DNA of 64,000 nucleotides from Spirochaetia bacterium. GTDB taxonomy: Bacteria; Spirochaetota; Spirochaetia; SZUA-6; Bin103. Position numbers and translations under genes: made by a program. Position 1 is the first letter of the stretch; each line of letters opens with the position of its first letter. Shown in pieces: positions 8,919 through 18,421 of this stretch. Below the pieces are notes generated by a model, which searched no databases, was not told the DNA's origin, and worked only from the letters and a program-made list of their open reading frames with translations. The stretch covers positions 4,512,001 through 4,576,000 of the forward strand of contig CBDBDQ010000005.1 of assembly GCA_965203905.1 (NCBI GenBank), written 5' to 3'.

Positions 8919-10094
8919 GTGACGCAGGTGCTGCATCCTCACAAGATCCTGGTGGTCGACGATGAGCCGGACGTCGAACCGCTGGTGCTGCAGCGCATGC
9001 GGCGCCACATCCGTTCCGGCCAATACCGGTTCGTGTTCGCCCAGAACGGCGTCGAGGCCCTGGAGCGGCTGCGGCAGGAACCGGACATCGACATGGTGCT
9101 GTCCGACATCAACATGCCGCAGATGGACGGTCTCACCCTGCTGGAGCAGATCCCCAAGGTGGACCCCAACATCCGTTGCGTCATCGTTTCGGCGTACGGG
9201 GACATGGAAAACATCCGCACGGCGATGAATCGGGGGGCGTTCGACTTTGTCACCAAGCCGCTCGATTTCAACGATCTCAGGGTCACCATCGACCGCACGT
9301 TGCGCCGGGTCGCGGAATGGCGCGAGGCGCTGGCGTCGCGGGACAAGCTGGTCGCGCTGCAGCACGAGCTCGATCTGGCCAGCAAGATGCAGCAATCGAT
9401 CCTGCCGGCCCGGTTCCCCGAAGGTCCGAACTTCCGCGTGTTCGGCCACATGGAGCCCGCCCGCGCCGTGGGCGGAGACTTCTACGACGTCATGCCGCTG
9501 GAGGGCGGTCGTATCGGCCTGGCCATTGCCGACGTCTCGGACAAGGGCGTCCCGGCATCGTTGTTCATGATGTCCACGCGTACGCTGCTGAAGGGGGCGG
9601 CGGTCGGGCTGTCGGATCCCGGCGCGGTGCTGCGCGAGGTCAACGACCTGCTCAACGACGACAACGAGGCCTCGATGTTCGTCACGGTGCTGTACGCGAC
9701 GTTCGACCCGGAGAGCGGCGAGTTCAACTATGCCAACGGAGGTCACAATTCGCCGCTCATGGTGCGCGCCGACGGCAGCTCCGAGTTGCTGCCGCTCACC
9801 GGCGGGATTGCGCTCGGGGTGATGCCCGGCTTCGAGTACGCGCAGCGGACGGTCACGCTGGAGCCCGGTGACACGCTGGTCCTGTACACCGACGGCGTCA
9901 CGGAGGCGATGAACGACGAGCACGAAGAGTTTGGCGTCGAGCGGCTGCGTGCGATCTTCGCCTCCGGCGCACCGGGTGAGAGCATGAAGACCAGTCAGGC
10001 CGTGTTCGACGCCGTGCATGAATTTGCCGGCGCTACCCCGCAGTCCGATGACGTCACCTGTCTGACGCTCTGCCGCGGCGAGTTTGGCCCTTGA
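8919..10094 (+). CDS. Response regulator receiver fused to PP2C/SpoIIE phosphatase (RsbU/RsbY-like)
   Basis: REC: ILVVDDE, SDINMP, FVTKP. PP2C: VGGDFYD, IADVSDKG, NGGH, LYTDGVTEA, SDDVT. Confidence 0.95.
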   Translation: MTQVLHPHKILVVDDEPDVEPLVLQRMRRHIRSGQYRFVFAQNGVEALERLRQEPDIDMVLSDINMPQMDGLTLLEQIPKVDPNIRCVIVSAYGDMENIRTAMNRGAFDFVTKPLDFNDLRVTIDRTLRRVAEWREALASRDKLVALQHELDLASKMQQSILPARFPEGPNFRVFGHMEPARAVGGDFYDVMPLEGGRIGLAIADVSDKGVPASLFMMSTRTLLKGAAVGLSDPGAVLREVNDLLNDDNEASMFVTVLYATFDPESGEFNYANGGHNSPLMVRADGSSELLPLTGGIALGVMPGFEYAQRTVTLEPGDTLVLYTDGVTEAMNDEHEEFGVERLRAIFASGAPGESMKTSQAVFDAVHEFAGATPQSDDVTCLTLCRGEFGP

Positions 10095-10510
10095 GCGCGC
10101 GGCTGCAACTGAACCTCGAAGCGCGCCCCGAGGAGCTGGAACGTATCAACGCGGCGGTGGAGGAGTTCGGGGAACGTGAAGACTGGCCCCCCAAGCTGCT
10201 GTTCCGCGTCAACCTGGTGCTGGAGGAACTGGGCCTCAACGTGATGACCCACGGCCAGGAAGCGGGTGCGAGTGAGTTGGAGGTCATCGTGACCTCCGAT
10301 GCGGAAACGATAACCATCGAGATCGTGGATGACGGACCGCGTTTCGACCCGTTGCGGGACGCGCCGATTCCCGACCCGGAGGCGTCCCTGGAAGAGCGTC
10401 CGGTAGGCGGGCTCGGCATTCACCTGGTACGTACGATGATGGACGAGGTGCGCTATCGGTACGAGGACGGGAAGAACCGTCTGACCCTGGTTACCGGCAC
10501 TTCCGCATGA
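10091..10510 (+). CDS. Anti-sigma factor Ser kinase (RsbW-like HATPase)
   Basis: LEELGLNVMTHG, DDGPRFDP and GGLGIHLV. Confidence 0.92.
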   Translation: MSARLQLNLEARPEELERINAAVEEFGEREDWPPKLLFRVNLVLEELGLNVMTHGQEAGASELEVIVTSDAETITIEIVDDGPRFDPLRDAPIPDPEASLEERPVGGLGIHLVRTMMDEVRYRYEDGKNRLTLVTGTSA

Positions 10511-11811
10511 CCGGGCGCCGCTCGGGAATGGCGTGCGGCGCGTACGGCAGGCGGGGCTGGTCCACTTCCGTTGCCGGCGCGCTGCTGGCGGCAAGCCTCA
10601 TCTCCTGCAGCAGCCGGGTCGAGGAACCTGCCCCGAGTGCCGTGGTGGCACCGGTCCCGGACGCGGCGGCCGACGGCGGTTCGCGCGCCGCGGACGCTCC
10701 CGTACCCGGCGTGACCGCAACCCGCATCCGGTTCGGCCAGTCGGCCGCCTTCAGCGGCCCCGCCCAGGAGCTGGGCCGGAACATGCGACTCGGAATCGAG
10801 GCTGCGTTCGAAGAGGCAAACCGACGCGGCGGCGTTCACGGCCGGTCCCTGGAGCTGGTCTCGCATGACGACGCCTACGAGCCGGAGGCGGCCATCGCCA
10901 ACACCGTCCACCTCATCGAAGTGGACCAGGTGTTCGCGTTGATCGGCGCCGTGGGCACTCCCACTTCGCGTTCCGCGACGCCGGTGGCCGCCGAGGCCGG
11001 GGTCCCCTACATCGCCCCGTTCACGGGTGCCGAGTTCCTGCGCGACGCGAGCTGGGGCAACGTGCTCAACCTGCGCGCCTCCTACTACCAGGAGACCGAG
11101 GAGATGGTCGCGCGGCTGACCGAGGACCTGGACGTGAGCCGTATCGCCGTGCTGTACCAGGACGACTCGTTCGGCCGCGCCGGCTACCGCGGGGTGCGGC
11201 TGGCACTCGACCGGCGCGCCATGCAGCCGGTGTCGATCGGCCTCTACCCGCGCAACACGACCGCGGTGAAGACCGCGCTGCTCGACCTGCAACGGGGCGA
11301 GCCCGAAGCGGTGATCATGATCGGCGCCTACCAGCCGGTCGCGGCGCTGATCAGATGGGCGCGCCACGTGGGCATGGACCCCACCTTCCTGACCGTGTCG
11401 TTCGTCGGCAGCAACGCCCTGGCGCAGGAGCTCGGTGCGGCCGGGGCCGGGGTGTACGTGACCCAGGTGGTGCCGTTTCCCAGCGATGCCACGCTGCCGG
11501 TGGTCGGCGCCTACCTGCGCGCCCTGGCGGCGTATGACGCGGAGGCGGTGCCCGGATTCGTTTCGTTCGAGGGCTATCTGGCGGGGCGCCTGGCGGTCGC
11601 GGGGGTGCAGGGTTGCGGCACCGAGCCGGCCCGCGAGTGCTTCCTGGTCAGCCTGCTCGGCAGCGAAGAAATCGACATCGACGGCTTCACGCTGCGCTTC
11701 GGCGCGTCCGACAACCAGGGCTCGGACGCGGTGTTCCTGACCAGAATCGGCGCCGACGGCCGCTATCATCCCGCCACCAGGTTGCAGGCCGGCGCCGCGG
11801 CGCGCCGCTGA
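10507..11811 (+). CDS. Periplasmic/lipoprotein ligand-binding protein, type 1 PBP (branched-chain amino acid-binding family)
   Basis: Lipobox-like LISC, GQSAAFSGPA, DDAYEP, GAVGTPTS and LRASY. No permease genes adjacent. Confidence 0.85.
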   Translation: MTGRRSGMACGAYGRRGWSTSVAGALLAASLISCSSRVEEPAPSAVVAPVPDAAADGGSRAADAPVPGVTATRIRFGQSAAFSGPAQELGRNMRLGIEAAFEEANRRGGVHGRSLELVSHDDAYEPEAAIANTVHLIEVDQVFALIGAVGTPTSRSATPVAAEAGVPYIAPFTGAEFLRDASWGNVLNLRASYYQETEEMVARLTEDLDVSRIAVLYQDDSFGRAGYRGVRLALDRRAMQPVSIGLYPRNTTAVKTALLDLQRGEPEAVIMIGAYQPVAALIRWARHVGMDPTFLTVSFVGSNALAQELGAAGAGVYVTQVVPFPSDATLPVVGAYLRALAAYDAEAVPGFVSFEGYLAGRLAVAGVQGCGTEPARECFLVSLLGSEEIDIDGFTLRFGASDNQGSDAVFLTRIGADGRYHPATRLQAGAAARR

Positions 11812-11812
11812 C

Positions 11813-13972
11813 ATGCACCAGCGCCTGCAGCGGCTGCTCGACTACCGCTTCCGGCTGTCGGGGCAGTTCTCGCTCGGGATCGGAGGTGCGGTGGCGCTCA
11901 CCTTCGCGGCCAGCTTGGTGGGATGGTTCTCGTTCGACAGGGTGGCCAGCGTCCAGCGGCAGGTGAACGAGGGCAGCGTGCCGGAAATGGTAGCCGCGTT
12001 CGGCGTGGCGCGGCATGCCGGCAGCCTGGTGGCCGCGGCGCCGCGGCTCACCACCGCGGCCAGCCCCGAGGAACTGGCCGTGGTGGCGTCCCGCATCGCT
12101 GCCACCGACCACGCATTGCAGGACGAGCTGGACGCCCTGCAGGAGGCGGGCGCAGACCCCGCCGGAATTGCGCGGGTCCGCACCCACGCGGATACGGTGC
12201 TGTCCAACATCGAGGCGATCCGCCTGGGGATGACCGAACTGTTCCCGCTGTACGAGCGCAGCACCGCCCTGCGCGCCGAGCTGGCCACGTTGCGCGGCCG
12301 GCTGGACGAGCTGGTGGTGCCTGCCATCGACGACCAGCTCTTCTATACCATCACCGGCTACCACACCCTCGGAGAACCACCCGCGCCCCGGGCCCAGCGC
12401 CTGTCGGAGCGAGAGCTGGGACGCTACCGCCGGCTGGCCGACCTGCACGCGGATGGCAGCATCGCCTCGCAGCTCCTGGCGAGCGCCTTCAACCTTCAGG
12501 ATGCGTCGTCGATCGAGCCGTTGCGGGAGCGTTTCGAGTCAGCCGCGGGCCGCATCGAACGCAGCCTGGCGGCGCTGGAGGAATCGCCGCTGCGCCGTGC
12601 CGTGGTACCGCTGTTCGCCCGCCTGCTGGCGTTGGGCCTGGAGCGGCCAGGCGGCTTCGACCTGCGCACGCAGGAAGTGCGACTCTCCTCGCGGCAGCGG
12701 GAGCTGCTGGCACGCAACCGTGACCTCACCGTCGAGCTGGTCGCGGTGGTGGACGAGCTGGTCGACACCGCGCACGGCCATACGCGGGCGGCGACTCAGG
12801 CCTCGACCAGGGCGATCCTGACCGCCCGCACCCTGCTGCTGCTGATCAGCGGGATCAGCCTCGGCGGCGCGCTGCTGATCGCCTGGCTGTTCGTCGGCCG
12901 GGTGCTGCTGCACCGCCTGGGGATGCTGTCCGACTGGATGCGACGCATGGCCGGCGGCGACCTGGAGGCGCGGGTGGAGATGGGCGGCCGCGACGAGGTG
13001 GCGGACATGGCCGCGGCGCTGGAGGTGTTTCGCCGCCATGCCCTCGAAGTGCAGCGGCTGAACCTGGTGGAGAAGCTGGCCGAGGAACTGCAGGGCAAGA
13101 ACGCGCAGCTGGAGAAGGCGCTCGAGGACCTGGCTCGGGCGCAGGACCAGATTGTCATGCGCGAGAAGCTGGCCGCGCTGGGCGAACTGACCGCGGGTGT
13201 CGCCCACGAGATCAGGAACCCGCTGAACTTCGTCAAGAACTTTTCCGAGGCCTCCGAAGAGCTGCTCGACGAGTTGCAGGAGGTGCTCGAGGAGGGCGGC
13301 GATAAGCTGGACCAGGAGCAACGCTCGCTGCTGGAGGAGATCAGGAGCGATCTGGTCGACAACCTGCAGCGCATCCGCTCGCACGGCGACCGCGCCAACC
13401 GCATCGTCCACGACATGCTGATGATGGGCCGCAGCTCCGCCGAGGTGCAGGAGGTGGACGTCAACGGCCTGCTGGAGGAGTACGCACGGCTGGCCTACCA
13501 CAGCGCACGGGCCAGCGACACGGAGTTCCAGCTCGACGTGAAGTTCGACCTCGACCCGGAGATGGGCGCGCTGAAGGTGGTTCCGCAGGACCTGGGGCGG
13601 GTGTTCCTGAACATGGTGGCGAACGCCTGCGACGCCACCGACGAAAAGCGGCGCACCGAAGCGGGCGAGCGGCAGCAGGACGCCCCCTACGTGCCGACGC
13701 TCTCGATCTCCAGCAAGCGCGAAGCGGAACGCGCCGTGATCCGCATCAAGGACAACGCCGACGGCATGCCGGCGGAGGTCGTGGAGAAGATATTCACACC
13801 ATTCTTCACTACCAAGCCGGCCGGCAAGGGCACCGGTCTCGGCCTGGCAATGTCCGCCGACATCGTGCGCGAGCACGGCGGTACGATCCAGGTGAACACC
13901 GAGCCGGGCGCGTTCACCGAGATGGTGATCGATCTGCCCCTGCACCCGCCCGCCGACCTGGCCGCGGAGTGA
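11813..13972 (+). CDS. Membrane sensor histidine kinase with TorS-like helical periplasmic domain and HAMP
   Basis: Two TMs, HAMP (MAGGDLEARV...DEVADMA), H-box GVAHEIRNPL, N-box NMVANACDA, and FTPFFTTKPAGKGTGLGL. Confidence 0.92.
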   Translation: MHQRLQRLLDYRFRLSGQFSLGIGGAVALTFAASLVGWFSFDRVASVQRQVNEGSVPEMVAAFGVARHAGSLVAAAPRLTTAASPEELAVVASRIAATDHALQDELDALQEAGADPAGIARVRTHADTVLSNIEAIRLGMTELFPLYERSTALRAELATLRGRLDELVVPAIDDQLFYTITGYHTLGEPPAPRAQRLSERELGRYRRLADLHADGSIASQLLASAFNLQDASSIEPLRERFESAAGRIERSLAALEESPLRRAVVPLFARLLALGLERPGGFDLRTQEVRLSSRQRELLARNRDLTVELVAVVDELVDTAHGHTRAATQASTRAILTARTLLLLISGISLGGALLIAWLFVGRVLLHRLGMLSDWMRRMAGGDLEARVEMGGRDEVADMAAALEVFRRHALEVQRLNLVEKLAEELQGKNAQLEKALEDLARAQDQIVMREKLAALGELTAGVAHEIRNPLNFVKNFSEASEELLDELQEVLEEGGDKLDQEQRSLLEEIRSDLVDNLQRIRSHGDRANRIVHDMLMMGRSSAEVQEVDVNGLLEEYARLAYHSARASDTEFQLDVKFDLDPEMGALKVVPQDLGRVFLNMVANACDATDEKRRTEAGERQQDAPYVPTLSISSKREAERAVIRIKDNADGMPAEVVEKIFTPFFTTKPAGKGTGLGLAMSADIVREHGGTIQVNTEPGAFTEMVIDLPLHPPADLAAE

Positions 13973-14072
13973 CCGCCCGTAACGGAAACGGCCCGCGTTG
14001 CGAATCCTCGTTTGCCGGCTTTAGAATGAAGCGGGCACCAGCGTGAGCGGGTGACCCCGAGCGGGAGATGGC

Positions 14073-15506
14073 GTGGAGTTCGACGCGTACGGCCTGGATC
14101 CGACCTACCATGACGAGATGTTCCTGGCGGATGGAACGCCGCGCGGGCACTGCCACGAGCTCCACGAAGCGCTGCGCCAGCTTTCCGCGCAGGAGCTCCG
14201 GAGTGTCCAGGAGCGGGTGACCCGTTCATTCTCGACCGAGGGGATCACGTTCACGGTCTACGGCGATGCCGAGGCCGAGGAGCGGATCATTCCCGTCGAC
14301 TGCGTACCCCGGATTCTGGCGGCCCCCGACTGGCAGCTGCTGGAAGCGGGACTGACCCAGCGCCTGCGGGCGCTGAACCGCTTCCTCGAGGACATCTACA
14401 ACGACGCCCGCATTCTGAACGACGGCGTCATCCCCGCGGAGATGGTGCACGGGTGTCCGCAGTACCGCCCCCAGATGCGCGGATTCCGCGCGCCGCACGG
14501 CACCTGGGTAGCGATCTGCGGCACCGACCTGGTGCGCACCAACGACGGATTCCGGGTGCTGGAGGACAACCTGCGGGTTCCGTCGGGGGTATCCTACATG
14601 ATCGCCAACCGCAAGGCCGTAAAGGCCTCCTTCCGGCGCCTGTACCGAAGCTCCAACGTGCGCGAGGTGGAGCACTACGGGCGCGTGCTTCTGACTACCC
14701 TGCGCGAGCTGGCGCCACCCGGGCGCAGCGACCCGACGCTGGCGCTGCTGACGCCGGGGGTCTACAACTCGGCGTTCTACGAGCACATGTTCCTGGCCGG
14801 TGAGCTGGACGCGGAACTGGTCGAGGGCAGCGACCTGCTGGCCGTGGACGGATTCGTCTACATGCGCACCACCACCGCGCTGCGGCGCGTGGACGTGATC
14901 TACCGCCGGGTGGACGACGACTTCATCGATCCGCGCGAGTTTCGTTCCGATTCGTTGCTCGGGGTGCCCGGATTGATGGATGCGTGCCGGCGCGGCAACG
15001 TGTCGCTGGTGAACGCTCCCGGCACCGGCGTGGCGGACGACAAGAGCGTCTACGCCTACGTGCCCGACATGATCCGCTACTACCTCGGCGAGGAGCCGCT
15101 GCTGGCCAACGTGGAGACCCTGCTGTGCCGCCGGCCGGAGGATCTGGAGCAGACCCTGGACAACCTCGACCGGCTGGTGGTGAAGCGGGTGGGCGAGTCG
15201 GGCGGCTATGGCATGCTGGTAGGCCCGCACGCCACGCCGCAGGAGCGCGCGGAGTACGCCGAGCAGGTACGTGCCAACCCGGCGGATTTCATCGCCCAGC
15301 CGACGCTCGCGCTGTCGCGGGCGCCGTGCCTGATCGACGGCCGCTTCGAACCGCGGCACGTGGACCTGCGGCCGTTCGTGCTGCACGGCCGCGAGACCCG
15401 CATCGTACCGGGCGCGTTCTGCCGCGTCGCCCTGCGCCGCGGCAGTCTGGTGGTCAACTCCAGCCAGGGGGGCGGAGGCAAGGACCTGTGGGTGCTGGCG
15501 GATTGA
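14073..15506 (+). CDS. Circularly permuted type 2 ATP-grasp protein (DUF407-type)
   Basis: GITFTVY, LEDNLRVPSGVSY, LTPGVYNSAFYEH, DVIYRRVDDDF, HVDLRPF and VVNSSQGGGGKD. Confidence 0.93.
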   Translation: MEFDAYGLDPTYHDEMFLADGTPRGHCHELHEALRQLSAQELRSVQERVTRSFSTEGITFTVYGDAEAEERIIPVDCVPRILAAPDWQLLEAGLTQRLRALNRFLEDIYNDARILNDGVIPAEMVHGCPQYRPQMRGFRAPHGTWVAICGTDLVRTNDGFRVLEDNLRVPSGVSYMIANRKAVKASFRRLYRSSNVREVEHYGRVLLTTLRELAPPGRSDPTLALLTPGVYNSAFYEHMFLAGELDAELVEGSDLLAVDGFVYMRTTTALRRVDVIYRRVDDDFIDPREFRSDSLLGVPGLMDACRRGNVSLVNAPGTGVADDKSVYAYVPDMIRYYLGEEPLLANVETLLCRRPEDLEQTLDNLDRLVVKRVGESGGYGMLVGPHATPQERAEYAEQVRANPADFIAQPTLALSRAPCLIDGRFEPRHVDLRPFVLHGRETRIVPGAFCRVALRRGSLVVNSSQGGGGKDLWVLAD

Positions 15507-15543
15507 GCGGCGCCGCCGCGCGCGCGAGCGCGCCGCGGGGGGA

Positions 15544-16527
15544 GTGAGGCGCGTGCTGGCGCGGAACGCACAGGGGCTCTACTGGATGAGCCGCTACCTG
15601 GAGCGGGCCAAGCAGCTCTGTCGCCTGCTGCGGCTGCAGGCGGAGGCGCTGGTGGACCGCCCGTTGCGCGAGATCCGCTTCGGCTGGCACCGCATCTACC
15701 GCACCGTGGGCAGCGAGCCTCCCCCGGGCAGCCTGGAGGCGTTCGACAGCGACGACTATACGCTGGCGGACTCCTACACCCTGGCCGATCATCTCACCTT
15801 CGATCGCCTCAATCCCGCTTCCGTGTGGAGCTGTTTCGCCCTTGGCCGCGAGAACGCGCGCCAGATGCGGCGCTGCATCAGCGCGGAGATGTGGACCCGC
15901 CTGAACCGTGCCTACCTGCGGCTCCGGGAACTCGAGATCCACGAGATCTGGCGCCCGTCGCCGGAGAGCTTCTACGCCGACACCGCGGCCCAGGTCGATA
16001 CCTTCGCGGGTGTCGCCGCGGCCACGATGTACCATGATGCGGGCTGGCGGTTCATGCGCCTCGGGCGCTACGTCGAGCGCACCCAGCTCGCGACCGGCCT
16101 GTTGCTGGCACACCTCGCCGTCGAGCGGAGCAGCGACGACTCGCGGGAGGCGGACTGGATCGGCCTGCTGCGCTGCGGCTACGCCCTGGAAGCCTACCAG
16201 CGCCGCTGCGGCATCGCGGTCGAGCCGGACCGCGTTCTGGATCTCCTGGTTACCGACACCCTGCTGCCCGGGTCCCTCTGTCATGCGCTCGACGGGGCTG
16301 CCGCGGAGCTGGCGGCCATCGGTTCCGGGCCGCACGCGGCTGCCAGCTCCTCGGTACAGCGTCTGGCGCAGCGTCTCAGCTCCCTGGTCCACTACGAGTG
16401 GCCGGACCGGGAGGACCGCGCGGAACTGCTGCGGCAGATAGACGCGGACTGTCGCAACCTGCACCAACGGGTGGTCGACGCCTACTTCGACTACCCGGCG
16501 GCAGGGCTGGCGGGTCCGCGCCGCTGA
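15544..16527 (+). CDS. Alpha-E domain protein (DUF403)
   Basis: LYWMSRYLERA, RENAR and FMRLGRYVER (duplicated ER motifs); directly downstream of the ATP-grasp gene. Confidence 0.9.
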   Translation: MRRVLARNAQGLYWMSRYLERAKQLCRLLRLQAEALVDRPLREIRFGWHRIYRTVGSEPPPGSLEAFDSDDYTLADSYTLADHLTFDRLNPASVWSCFALGRENARQMRRCISAEMWTRLNRAYLRLRELEIHEIWRPSPESFYADTAAQVDTFAGVAAATMYHDAGWRFMRLGRYVERTQLATGLLLAHLAVERSSDDSREADWIGLLRCGYALEAYQRRCGIAVEPDRVLDLLVTDTLLPGSLCHALDGAAAELAAIGSGPHAAASSSVQRLAQRLSSLVHYEWPDREDRAELLRQIDADCRNLHQRVVDAYFDYPAAGLAGPRR

Positions 16528-17680
16528 CGGGGGGCGCCGGCGCTGCCCGGCGCCCCCGCTGCTCAATTGCGGCAGCTTGCCGGGTTCCCGGGAGCAAGGC
16601 GCGGAAACCGCAGATGCGGTGGAACGTGGTGTAGTTGGCATCGTGGGCGCGATGCGCGCCGCCGCTGCCGTCGTCGTAGGCGGTGCGCGACAGGAACACG
16701 ATGTCGTCGCCGTCGATGAGCCAGTCGACGTACTGAAACGCGTGCGCGGTGGGGTCGGGATGGAACAGCACCTCGTGGACGATGGCCCACTCACGCAGGT
16801 CGCGCGAGGCGGACAGGACCAGGCGGTTGCGGTAACGCCGCGGCCGGTCCTGCGGGTTGACCAGTGCCAGGTAGCAGCCGGTGACGGGGTCCCGGTTGAT
16901 GGTGAACTTGGTGTTGGCGCCCGGAAACGCGATCTGATCGGCGTCCGGGGAATGGGTGAGAGAGACGCCGTCGGCGGAGACGCGCACCACCACCGCCCGT
17001 TCGGCAGCACGACGCGCGAAGCGGCCGGCGTCCTGGTCCTGCCGCAGCACGTTCCACAGCTCGCCGTCCGGAGCCGCCACCATGTTGCCCTCGATCCACT
17101 GGCATTGCGACCAGCGGTGCGACAGGCGTTCGCTGAAGGTCCAGTTGGCCCGCTGCAGCAGGTCGGCGCCGGCGGGTGCCGACAGCACGAACGCCTCCCA
17201 GGTCTTGCGGTCGGGCGTCGGCGCAAACTCCATCGCCTTCCAGATCCTGCCGCCGTGCTCGACTACCGCCACGGCGGCGGTGTGGTAGCCCTCCTCGTCG
17301 CTGAGCAGGCCGCTGGCGGCGTCCCGCGCCTCGCTCCAGGTGGCTCCGCCGTCGAGCGAGCGCCGGATCACCATCCTGCCGTTGAGCCGCCCGCCATAGC
17401 GGTCGCAGTGATCGGTCCCGATCAGGTAGAGGACATCGTGATGGAGAAACAGCTTGGACCAGATCTGGCCACGCACGGTGGCAATGCGGCGCCACGACTG
17501 CCCGCGATCGGTCGACCGGTAAACGAAGCTGTCGGTGTTGGTCGCGGCGGGGCCGAACAGCGAGTGGCTGGCAACGTAGTCGCCGCCCGGCAGGATTGCC
17601 AGCGACGGACAGCCGTTGTACTGGCGCAGGGCGGCCGGAGTATGGTTCACCACCACCCCGGGAACCGTATGAGGCGTCAC
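16376..17680 (-). CDS. Sialidase-like BNR-repeat beta-propeller glycosidase
   Basis: Asp-boxes STDRGQSW and SLDGGATW; C-terminal FQYVDW...AHDANYTTFHR. The low-complexity tail overlapping the alpha-E gene is doubtful. Confidence 0.8.
   Translation of the reverse strand: MTPHTVPGVVVNHTPAALRQYNGCPSLAILPGGDYVASHSLFGPAATNTDSFVYRSTDRGQSWRRIATVRGQIWSKLFLHHDVLYLIGTDHCDRYGGRLNGRMVIRRSLDGGATWSEARDAASGLLSDEEGYHTAAVAVVEHGGRIWKAMEFAPTPDRKTWEAFVLSAPAGADLLQRANWTFSERLSHRWSQCQWIEGNMVAAPDGELWNVLRQDQDAGRFARRAAERAVVVRVSADGVSLTHSPDADQIAFPGANTKFTINRDPVTGCYLALVNPQDRPRRYRNRLVLSASRDLREWAIVHEVLFHPDPTAHAFQYVDWLIDGDDIVFLSRTAYDDGSGGAHRAHDANYTTFHRICGFRALLPGTRQAAAIEQRGRRAAPAPPVSGADPPALPPGSRSRRRPPVGAGCDSPRLSAAAVPRGPPGPATRSGPGS
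16529..16558. terminator. GC-rich hairpin between convergent genes
   Basis: GGGGGCGCCGG / CCGGCGCCCCC 11-bp stem just after the alpha-E stop; no U-tract. Confidence 0.45.
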
Positions 17681-17833
17681 ACCGCCAGCGTAGCATCCGG
17701 CCGCCATCTCGGCCAGCCGGCTCACCGCGGGCACCGCAGGCACCTCGGACGCTGTGCGAAATCGCCGGACACGCTACGATAGCGCGCAACCGCGTCGCAG
17801 CCGGGCGGCGTGGTCGGCAGGGAGGATTTGACC

Positions 17834-18391
17834 GTGACCGTAACGCGTACTCTGGTGCGCACCACCTATCTCGAACTGCAGGCGGCGACCGAGCCGCGCC
17901 CGCCGGGACGAGCGAAGCCCGACTACGAACTGCGGCGGGCCGCCGCCGCCAGCCCGGAGTTCGCCCGTTTCCTGTATGCCGCCGTCGGCTACCGCTGGAA
18001 CTGGACCAGGCGACTCGGTTGGACCTGGGCGGAGTGGGACAACTACCTGCGACGGGACGGTCTGCAGACCTGGGTCGCCTATGTTGGCGGCACCCCGGCG
18101 GGTTTCTTCGAGTTGGCGACCGGCGCCGCCGGCGGCGTCGAGATCGTCCAGTTCGGGCTGCTGCCGAGCTTCATCGGCATCGGGCTCGGCGGCTATCTGC
18201 TGTGCGATGCCGTGCAGCGCGCCAGGGAGCTGCGCCCCGGGCGAGTCTGGCTGCACACCTGCTCCGAGGACCACCCCCATGCGCTGTCCAACTACCGGGC
18301 CCGCGGCTTCCGGCCGTTCAAGGAAGAGGAAGAGTACGAAGACGTGCACGCCGACGTCGAGCTGTGGCCAGGCGCCCAAGCTCCACACTGA
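17834..18391 (+). CDS. GNAT family N-acetyltransferase
   Basis: FGLLPSFIGIGLGGYLL, RVWLHTC and HALSNYRARGF; SD GGAGGA at 17821. Confidence 0.88.
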   Translation: MTVTRTLVRTTYLELQAATEPRPPGRAKPDYELRRAAAASPEFARFLYAAVGYRWNWTRRLGWTWAEWDNYLRRDGLQTWVAYVGGTPAGFFELATGAAGGVEIVQFGLLPSFIGIGLGGYLLCDAVQRARELRPGRVWLHTCSEDHPHALSNYRARGFRPFKEEEEYEDVHADVELWPGAQAPH

Positions 18392-18421
18392 TCGAAAGCA
18401 GCGCCGACGGGCGCCCGTAGA

